64,000 nt of DNA from the human T2T-CHM13v2.0 reference genome, Homo sapiens. The notes under the pieces were generated by a model. It made no database searches, was not told where the DNA came from, and saw only the letters and a list, made by a program, of their open reading frames with translations. Within the stretch, counting starts at the first letter, position 1; the number at the start of each line of letters is the position of its first letter. A program made the position numbers and the translations under genes. This document shows positions 54,899 through 64,000 of this stretch, piece by piece. The stretch lies in assembly GCF_009914755.1 (NCBI RefSeq), contig NC_060934.1. One strand, written 5' to 3'.

Positions 54899-55185
54899 TT
54901 TTTTTTTGGTTTTTTTTGTGGGTTTTTTTGAGACAGAGTCTGGCTCTGTTGCCCAGGCTGGAGTGCAGTGGTGTGATCTCAGCGATTCTCCTGCCTCAGC
55001 CTCCCGAGTAGGTGGGACTACAGGCGCGCACCACTATGCCTGGCTAATTTTTGTATTTTTTTTAGTAGAGACCAGGTTTCGCCATGTTGGTCAGGCTGGT
55101 CTAGAACTCCTGACCTTAAGTGATCCGCCTGCCTCACCCTCCGAAAGTGCTGGGATTACAGGCGTTAAGCCACCATGCCTAGCCC
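54899..55185 (-). mobile_element. Alu SINE, AluS with a ~30-bp internal deletion
   Basis: GTGATCTCAG|CGATTCTCC lacks CTCACTGCAACCTCCGCCTCCCGGGTTCAAG. Confidence 0.92.
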
Positions 55186-55194
55186 ATTGAATAG

Positions 55195-55560
55195 AAGTGT
55201 TTATTGGTTCCACACACCTACCATGTGCTAGGTATTGTGATGTGGTGTGGGACACATATAGTTCCTATCTTCGAATGATCATGGGACAGTGGGAAAGTCA
55301 GACAAGTGCTTCAGTAGACAATTATGAGAGCAGGTGGTGGAGTTAGAAGAGAGTACAGTTGAGGCTGATGGAGCAGAAGGGCATTCTGAAGATCATGAAA
55401 GGGACATCAGTGCACACTGGATGGGAGCAGAAACCAGAGAAGGCTGCCTGGAGGAGGTGTCCTGTGAGCTACATTTCAAAGTATGGTAGATATCTAGGTG
55501 AAGGGGAGTAGGGAGGAGGTTGTGTAGGGAGAGGGGCCAGTATATGCCAAGGCATCAATG
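55195..55560 (-). mobile_element. L2 fragment
   Basis: CCTACCATGTGCTAGG..GAAGGCTGCCTGGAGGAGGTG. Confidence 0.6.
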
Positions 55561-56154
55561 CTTGTGTGTACATTTTCTATCACTGGGCCAGGATTGATCT
55601 ATAAATCCCTATATATTTCTTTGTGTGTATAAACATTAGCAATTTGGTTTCTTAGAGAAACCAAATGCTTTGCATAGCAGTTTTAAAATATACATTTCGA
55701 AAAGCTCATTTTTCCATTACAAAAGACTCAGATGTTCCCAAGAAAAGTTTCTCAGTTGAGAGGTCACCAGATCTTATGTTACCGAGAAAATGGAAAGATT
55801 TCCCCTAACCCCAGAAGTCAAACCAGCTTCCTCAATTTGAGACTGCACAAAACCAATTAATTTTTGCCCATTGTGGATTTTCTTAATAATTGCATCTCCG
55901 ACAAACCAACTCCTGTCCTAAATGGATTTGAGCCACATTTCACTCTGAAAGCTGTGGGTCCATCTGGGAAATGTCTTTGTAGATGAGAGAATTTTATAAT
56001 AAAGTATTTTTGGTATTTCATTTACTAAATCTTCAGGGATATAGGTAAGAGAGCCTCCGTGCTGAACTGACTGCCTAACAGAACAAGGTTAGAGAGAATG
56101 AAATTATTTCATGCTGTCTGGCCTGCAACACATGCCTCTGAACGAAGCCATATA

Positions 56155-56473
56155 CAGTCGCGGGTCGCATAATGATGTTCTGGTCAATAACAGATGGCAT
56201 ATACAATGGTGGTCCCATAAGATTATAATACTGCATTTTTACTGTACTTGTCTAGGTTTAAACATATTTAGATATGCACAAATACTCACCATTGTGTTCC
56301 AGTTGCCTCCAGCATTCAGTACAGGAACATGCTGTGCAAGTTTGTAGCCTAGGAGCAATAGGGTATATCATATAGCCTAGGTGTGTATGTACACTCTATG
56401 ATGTTCGCATGACAAAATTGCCTAACAACACATTTCTCAAGACATGTCTCTATTGTTAAGCAGCACATGACTG
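56155..56473 (+). mobile_element. Tigger3a (MER7A/Golem) MITE
   Basis: TA|CAGTC..GGTGGTCCCATAAGATTATAATAC..TAGCCTAGGAGCAATAGG..CATGACTG|TA. Confidence 0.9.
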
Positions 56474-56549
56474 TATATATAACAATGGTTTCTTTAAAAG
56501 CACTCCCAGGAGTGGCCAGGTGCAGAAATAGCTGAATTTGTGAGCAATG

Positions 56550-56875
56550 ATAATGATAGTTAATATAATTATCATATTTTCCAGAGCACCTGCACATCAC
56601 GTTTGATCTTTACAGTGAGTGGAACAGACATTACGATCTCCATTTGACAGATGAGGAAATTAAACCTTAGAGTTATCAGATTTCAAAGGTGAAGGGACCT
56701 TAGAGATCCTTTCATCCAGCTTTCTCATTTTACAAAAAAAAGAACTCCCTGAGATCCAGGGAAACTAACTGACCTAGGATCCCACAGGGAGTGAATAAGG
56801 GCTGTTGGGCCAGGCCCAGGTCTTCTGATTTCTAGCTTCCTGATTTTGCACTCCATTGCGCTATTCTCAGTCTTC
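56550..56875 (-). mobile_element. Nested MIR/MIR3 fragments
   Basis: CCATTTGACAGATGAGGAAATTAA; GAAGGGACCTTAGAGATC..CTCATTTTACA. Confidence 0.6.
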
Positions 56876-57262
56876 AGTGTGTTAGAGGAAACTTGGTAGG
56901 TTATGCATTTGTTCTTAAGGAGAAATTTTGTTGATATCAGTCCTAGGCACTATTTTATAAATGCACACATGTGGAAAAATCCCTTATTTTCCTGCTTTTT
57001 TTCTATATATAGATACAGGCAGATACACAGACAGATAGACACACCACATGTGGATGTCACTGGGGAGATGAAGGTGGGATTGAACTTAGCAGAGTCTCAA
57101 AGGGGGCTTCAGCTTTATCTGTCAAATATTCTTTTATTAAAAAATTTTGAAGCAAAATGACCATTACAGTAGCATTTATTCATTTTGGATAATGGGCACT
57201 GAATTCATAAGTGTTTGTTTTCCTCTTCATATTTCTGTATTTTAAAATTTTCAAAAAAAACC

Positions 57263-57458
57263 AAATATGGATATTAAAAATAAATTCTCACCTATAATAC
57301 CATACCCTCATTTTATAAAAATAAAGAATATTTTCAAAGAAATAAAAATGGTTCAGAAGGATGGAAAGAAAACTATACTATGGGACTCGTTAGTTAAGTT
57401 GACATTAATCCTCTGCTTTAAGTCTTTCCTGTGATGACACTAGCAGAATGTGTATCAT
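57263..57458 (+). repeat. Local direct duplication, copy 1 (partner 58681-58852)
   Basis: Shared AAAAATGGTTCAGAAGG, GTTAGTTAAGTTGACATTAATCCTCT, TGACACTAGCAGAATGTGT. Confidence 0.92.
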
Positions 57459-58646
57459 TTTCTCTGCATTTGCTGCAGGATCAGTTCTCTTTGGCAGGTT
57501 TTGAGCCGTTCTAATAAGTCCAGCATGAAAGGCAGGCCTCTCGTGTCAGTTCTAAACCCACCAGCTGCCCCATTGTGACTGCATAGTCCCCTGGTTCTGA
57601 GACTGTGCTCTGCCTGATAAGCGACGTACGGAGCACAGTGGACTGAAAGCCCGGGGATCTGATACCAAACATGTTAGTTAAACTCATGTTTAACTAACCC
57701 AAACTCATGTTTAACTGGCCCAAAGGAAGTAGGCCCAGAAATGTGGTTTTTGGAGCTCCCTTTAATGAACGTGTAAACAGAGGATAGAATATTGGCCTTA
57801 CAGTTTAAAAACCCTCCTTCAAGTCCCAGTCAAGTCCCTTATTCACTGGATGACCTCACACGGTTCATCTGATCTTTCTTGGTCTCAGTCTTCTTACTAT
57901 AGACTGGAAATGGTCATATTTGACTTAGCTGTCCATATGGCTGTTCTGGAGATGAGACAGCTAATGAAGTGAGAACACTCATTAACACACCAACTGAAAA
58001 ACACAAAACAAAAGAGAGATGATAGGATTATATTGCTGTTATGAATCATTCCAAGAGGTGTCATGGTGATATGAATCATCATATGGTAATGTCATGGCTA
58101 AGGCCCAAACACAGAATAGCAGCATTGACCCAGTAGTCTCGAAATTAGTCACAGAGGCCAAGCTAGTGAAGACCCAGCAGCCCTATTGTTATCAAGAAAG
58201 AGCACTATCCAAAAGGTGTGTGGCCTCATCTTCTCCTTGCAAAGAGAGAATTCATCTGGTATATGTTGATAGGCGTGTATCCGACCACAGCTACCTCCAT
58301 CAGCCCTGAGGACAGAGGCAGCCTGCATTCCAGTCCCAGCTCTTCTCTGTCTCGGTGTGTGACTTAGGCGGTTTCACAGAGGACGCCAACTTCATTGGCT
58401 TTTGCGGTTTTTTGTTTGTTTGTTTTTTGTTGTTTTCTTTTTGTTTGTTTTGTTTTGTTTTTGTCTGTAGAATGAGTGAGTTAAACTAAATTGTCTGTAA
58501 GGCCTCAGCTCACTCTTAAAGTGTGATCACTAGCTAGAGTTTGAACTTTAGCCCCAATATGACTGTTGTGTTGTCATTGTCACCTTTGTAACCTGACATT
58601 CAGGAATGTCCCTCTCTAGTTCATATTCTGACCTAGCTTCTGAAAG

Positions 58647-58894
58647 CATTATAGCAGAGTTGAGAATTTTTGATCTAGGAAAGATAAATATTAAAAAGAA
58701 ATTCCCACCAAAATACCATAAATAAGGAATGTTTTAAAGAAAAATGGTTCAGAAGGAAGGAAAACTATAATGTAGTTCTTGTTAGTTAAGTTGACATTAA
58801 TCCTCTCTTTGCTTTAAGTCTCTCCTGTGTTGACACTAGCAGAATGTGTCATAAAGACATGGAAAGATCATAAATTCTCAACTCTGCTCTAAAG
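58647..58894 (+). repeat. Duplication copy 2 bracketed by a ~30-bp inverted repeat
   Basis: AGCAGAGTTGAGAATTTTTGATCT (58653-58676) versus AGATCATAAATTCTCAACTCTGCT (58865-58888), 23/24 reverse-complement match. Confidence 0.88.
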
Positions 58895-59509
58895 ATCTGA
58901 CCTTCAGCGTTGCATTTATTTGGCCACACCTTTATAGTGTGGTCATACCTAGAAAATATTTTCTTGCCTGGTCATCAGCCCTCTCACCTCGATTACTTTC
59001 TATATTTTAGCACAAAAGAAGAAATGGCGCATTCACCACTCAGCCAGTTGCACTGGAAGTGAATTTAAATTCCCGAACTGGTTATCTTGGAAGATATTGT
59101 GCTTATTGCAGATGTGGCCGGTGCATGAGTTTAGGCACTACCATGCTCTGGGCTGTGGTTCTTGGCTCCTGCTTCTGGATGGCTGGACATTACCAGGAGA
59201 GAGCCTGCTGATACATCTACGCACATTCACTCTACTGCACTTCAGCTGTGTCCTTGTTATTCCACAGCCCTTTAAGTCCTGGTTCACCAACCAGATGTTA
59301 AGACTCTCTTGGATCCCTCAAATCCCATCCCCATGCCTGCTGCCTCCTCTCTCAGCAGTTGCCCACTCCTTATCTTCTAATCCTCTTTTCTCCCTATGAT
59401 GATGATAGTGACCCTGTAGCTCCAACTACTGGGTCCTCACAGTCAGTCCACTCCTGCAGAGGAAACTGGAGGGTGACCAGGAACCTTCAAGTCAATGTGG
59501 GCCACAGAC

Positions 59510-59900
59510 AGGAACCGTCTTTAAAAGATGGTTAAATGCCCGTGGTTTACGTAGGTTGGCTTTCTTTAAGCAAATAAAGGAAATGCATTGCTTCATGTCC
59601 AGCAAAGTACAGGGTGGATTCAGGAGAAGCTGGCTCAAGGCATTCCTAGGAAGTCATCAAGGAGCTGCCTGTACCTCTGTCTTCAGGCCAGCATCTTCTG
59701 AGTTGGCTTTATTCTCAAGCAGGCTGTCATTAAGTGATGGCTTAACAACAATTTAGCAACCATGGCATGACAGAGAATCATGCCTGATAGCTCTAACAAA
59801 GTATCCGAGAGTGTTCCCCCATGAGCCAATCACTGTTGCCAGAGGGATGTGGTTCTTGGACTGGCCAGGTCTGAGACACGTTGCTTGGGCCCCTATTTGT
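59510..59900 (-). mobile_element. Old MaLR LTR (MLT1J/K-like)
   Basis: GTTGGCTTTATTCTCAAGCAGGCT; GAGCCAATCACTGTTGCCAGAGGGATG. Confidence 0.55.
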
Positions 59901-60063
59901 GCAGAATTGGCCCCTGACTACATTCCCAGAGGGTCTTTGGATGTTTGGTCACATGGTCTGTACTCTGGGGGGATCAATTCATACCAGCAAGGTCCAGTCA
60001 GCCCCTACACCTACCACCGCCTCTCTAGTGGAAGCCACTTTTGCATCTAATTGTCTTGGGAAT

Positions 60064-60559
60064 TGTGTTGGTTTTCTATTGCTGCTGTAACAAATTGCCA
60101 CAAATTTAATGGCTTATAATAACATACATGTATTATCTTACAGTTCTGGAGGCCATAAGTCCAAAACCAGCCTCACTGGACTACGGTCAAGGTGTTAGTT
60201 CCTTCTGGAGGCTCTAAGGGACAATCTGTTTCCTGGTCTTTTCTAGTTTCTAAGAGGCTTCCTGCATTTCTTTGGCTCATGGCCCCTTCCTCCATCTTCA
60301 AAGCCAGCAGCAAAGCATCTTCTCTCCTCTCTGACTTCTGTTTCCATCCTTATATCTTCTCGCTGACTCTGATCCTCCTGCTTCCGTCTTAGAAGGACTC
60401 TTGTGATTACATTGGGCATACCAAATTAAATTCAGAAATTCAGATAATCAAGATCTTTAATTCAATCATGTCTGCAAAGTCCCCTTTACCATGTAAGATA
60501 ACATATTCACAGCCTCTGTGGGTTAGAATGTGAACATTTTTATTATTCAGCCTACTGCA
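60064..60559 (-). mobile_element. MaLR solo LTR, MLT1D-like
   Basis: TG..GCTGTAACAAATTGCCACAAA..ATTATTCAGCCTACTGCA; TSD GGAAT/GGGAT. Confidence 0.88.
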
Positions 60560-62792
60560 GGGATTATCCACTCAATTTAAAAACCTGAACTTAGACAGAG
60601 AAAGAGTGTACTGAAGCTCCTGCATTGGAGTGGGAAATTGTAGATAGTGACCTAGGAAGGTGACTTTGTACCTGCTTGTAGGTTTAGTTTTATTTGCTTC
60701 TTGGGTGTATTTAGATTGTCCTTTTTGAGCTGTTTGTGGGTTTTTCTCCACAGAATTGGGTACTCATAAAAGAGGTGTCCATATTGCCTCAAAGCCACCA
60801 GATTCTGATGAGCCATACCCCTTATCTTCCTTCTTCATTTTGTTCACGGCAATTACTTTGTGCCCATAAAGTGGGAGGCAGTGTGCTGAGGAAATACAAG
60901 ATTCTCCAAGACATACTCCTTTCTCTTGTGGAACTTATGTCTGGTGGAGTAGAAAGGCACGCACGCAATTATTTTTAACCCAAGGCACAGGATGTGCTGA
61001 GTGATATAAAAGTGACAAACTAAGGAGTGGGAAGACAGCAGGAGACATCAGTTCCAGCTTCCAGGGGTGTCAGATCATGCACCCCAATTTTTGGTTCAGA
61101 AATATGATCACTACTATATGCACCTCAATTTCAGGTTATTAACTATTGCAGGCTAAGAATTTTAGGGCTTTAAAAATAGTATGATGTGTTTTTTCTTCTT
61201 TGTCTAGGGTGTTTGGATGAAAGCAGGTGCTCAGCTCTGATGATTCATGTGAAATCACTTCTACTCAAGGTTGACTAAAGTTGGGAATGATGAAAATTTC
61301 CTAGTCAAAGCAAAAATTAAGAAGAAAACCTGGTTAGTTTTCTTATTTTTTGAGGAATCTGAATGGGTTAACGTCTGTAACCTGGGCCATACTCTGAAAA
61401 GGACAGGTTTCCCATGGCTGACCTGCAAATACCCAGCATGGCTGGCTTTCCTAGTTGGAAAGCCCTTCCTCACGTGTCCTTTCAGTGGCAAAGGGGAATC
61501 TCTACTAAGAGCTCCCTCCTGCCCAGAATGCAATTTTAGAAAATAGAGCTGACTTCTCTGGGAAAAACAAAACCAACCTTGTCTTACTCTGGTCATGGAA
61601 ACCAACTTGGCACCTCATTATCGCCTTGTTAGCAAGAACAGGCTGTATGATGGACAAACCTGGGAGGAAGAGTTGGCCCTGTGTGGCCACGGTTTTGAGT
61701 TAAGCTTAATTGCTTTTCTAAAGCTCAGCTGCTTAATACTACACAAGTCAAAATCTATCATCAGACTCTTGACCATCCATTCTCCTCTTCCTTCCGTATT
61801 CTTGCCTACATAGACATTGGTCGCTCCCCATTCTGCTGCTGTTGAATTTGTGCTGGGTCACCCAGGGACCCCCAAGGCTTGTTTGCAACCAGCCCGGCTC
61901 CCCAAAGGAGAACAGGGCTGTAACTACCTTTAACTTTCAGTGCCCTCTTCCCCCATATTTTAAAATGCAGCCAGCCTGTTCTGCCCTTGGAGCATAGCAG
62001 GGCTGCTGGCTGGGGAAGGTGGTGTCTTTTTAACAACTTATAGGCAATTTTTGATTTTTCATGCAAATGGGAAAGAATAACAAAGGCATTTTATCTGGCT
62101 CTCAAATGTGCTTTGTACTTACATTTAAATGTGGGTGTGCCTGATGTTCTGGGAACTCCCTTCCAACAAGACAGTGTGGCAACCCATGTCACTTGCTATG
62201 TCTCCCTTTTCCTCCTCAGCTGAGCTAGCTCCCAGCCTCTCTCGTTTTTGTTCCATTATCATTGGATTTTTACTGTACAGAACCTGTGACAGTGGAGACT
62301 AAGGTGTCCCAGTTGTGCAGTGTCTACCCTGTACTGCCTAAGCATGCTTATTGTACAGCATGCATTGTTTATGGCAACTCCAATTTCCAGTTTTCCAGTC
62401 CCCTTCTTCCCATTCAAATGTCCCAGAATTCCAGTTCATCAACATCCTGAACATATTTCCTGATGACACCCACTTTTCAGAGGGGAATTTAAAACCTGGA
62501 AAATGTGGTCTTAACCAAAGATTCCCTCCCTGCCTGTGGTAACCACATATCCCAGATGTTCTGGGAAAGTCTTTCCAGTTTCCAGACCATGCACACTGAT
62601 TTTTGGTCCAGAAACCACTATAACCAACCAATATAGGTCACATGAAAGACACATGTCAGACGGACACCCTTTCTGCAGTAAGATTCGGTGAGAGTCTGCT
62701 ATTGTCCCCTACCTCAAATTCAGATTTTTTTACTTGTAATTTTTTGGTTATTCCTTATACTAGTTAGGTTTGAGAGCTCAGTTGAAGGGAAC

Positions 62793-63584
62793 TGTGATAT
62801 TGTGAGATTTGGTCTTCCTCAGGTTTCCTAGCATAAAACTCCAAAAGTCTTTGGAATCGGATAAATATCTTTTTGTATGCTAATAAGCTGACAAATGTCT
62901 GGCAGCCCCTTAGGTATCTTTAGGATGGGGTCTGGTTACTGGAAAGACCACAGCAGGATGGAAGGGTTGGGACTTTCAGCCTCACCCCTAACCTCAGGGA
63001 AGGAGAATGGGGCTGAAAGTAGAGTTGATCACCAATGGCCAATGATTTAATCAAACATGCCTGTGCAATGAAACCTCCGTAAAAACCCAGAAAGGACTGG
63101 GACATGTGGAGGTTCCTGGAGAGGGGGGTGCCCGAGAGGATGTGGGAGCTCTGTACCCCTTCCCAAACACTTTGCCCCATGCACCTCTTCCATCTGGTGT
63201 TCATTGGCATCCTTTGTCATATATCCTTTCTAATAAACCAGTAAAACTAAGCATCTCCCTCAGTTCTGGGAGCCTCTCTAGCAAATTAGTCTAATTCTGA
63301 TTTACAGCCAGTTGGTCAGAAGCATGAGTAAAACAACCTGGGGCTTGTGATTGACATCCAAAGTGGGGGGACAGTCTTGTGGGGCTGAGCCATCAACCTG
63401 TGGGATCTGACGCTTTCCCCAGGTAGTGTCAGAACTGAATTGGCAGACACCCAGCTGGTGTCCACTGCAGAACTGGTTGCTTGCTTGGTGTGTGGAGAAA
63501 ACCTCCCACACATCTAGTGTCAGAAGTGGTTCGTGTTGTGAGAGTATAGGAGACGCTGAATTTGTTTGTGCCTATATTCAGACA
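62793..63584 (+). mobile_element. MER21A/B-like solo LTR
   Basis: TGTGATATTGTGA..GTTGATCACCAATGGCCAATGATTTAATC..AATAAACC..CA; TSD GGAAC/GGAAG. Confidence 0.85.
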
Positions 63585-64000
63585 GGAAGACAATTCATGT
63601 TACTTTTGGATGTGAAATGAGGACAAGGATGAAAATGTGTTTGGCACAAATGTAAACACGATTCACTCTGTAGGCAATTGTTAAGCCTGCCTTTTTCACT
63701 TAACATTAGAGCATATAGATTTTCTCATGTCATTAAAGTGGTTTTGTTTTTGTTTTTTTGTAACAGAGACTTTGGCAAATTCAAGATAATGTTTACCATT
63801 GGCAATCACGGGGAAGGGTGAGGTGGGGGGAGCACGTAACCAAGGGAGATTTATCGTATTGGAATGCTCTCTGTCTTAAGCTTGGTGCTGTGTACTCTTT
63901 TTTGAATGTCCTAAATGTTACATAATAAAGTAGAAATTTGAACACCAATAGTAATGGTTACTTAATATTTTATTATGTTGGTGTATCATAATTTCCTCAG

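Overview
Hominid (human-type) nuclear DNA, essentially all non-coding, with a large fraction made of interspersed repeats. I found 14 Alus plus one Alu reduced to its last few bases, a near full-length SVA on the minus strand (50073-52030), L1 fragments of several ages, L2 and MIR relics, MaLR/ERVL/ERV1/ERVK solo LTRs, Tigger and hAT MITEs, and a 5S rRNA retropseudogene. No protein-coding exon could be recognised and no gene symbol is assigned; the supplied ORFs are repeat-derived or chance. Most L1, LTR and SVA copies are on the minus strand, which suggests a large intron of a plus-strand gene. Two repeat-free, CpG-retaining segments end in splice donors (about 17.3-17.55 kb and 48.3-48.58 kb) and look like alternative promoters or first exons. 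I found no evidence of a new multi-gene biological system. The most interesting structures are a probable L1PA 3' transduction nested in an LTR, a locally copied ~170 bp segment bracketed by a 30 bp inverted repeat, an Alu and a 5S insertion at the same site, an SVA with an internal deletion next to a candidate first exon, and a palindromic 33 bp minisatellite. Repeat subfamily names come from recalled consensus sequences, not from a database search.
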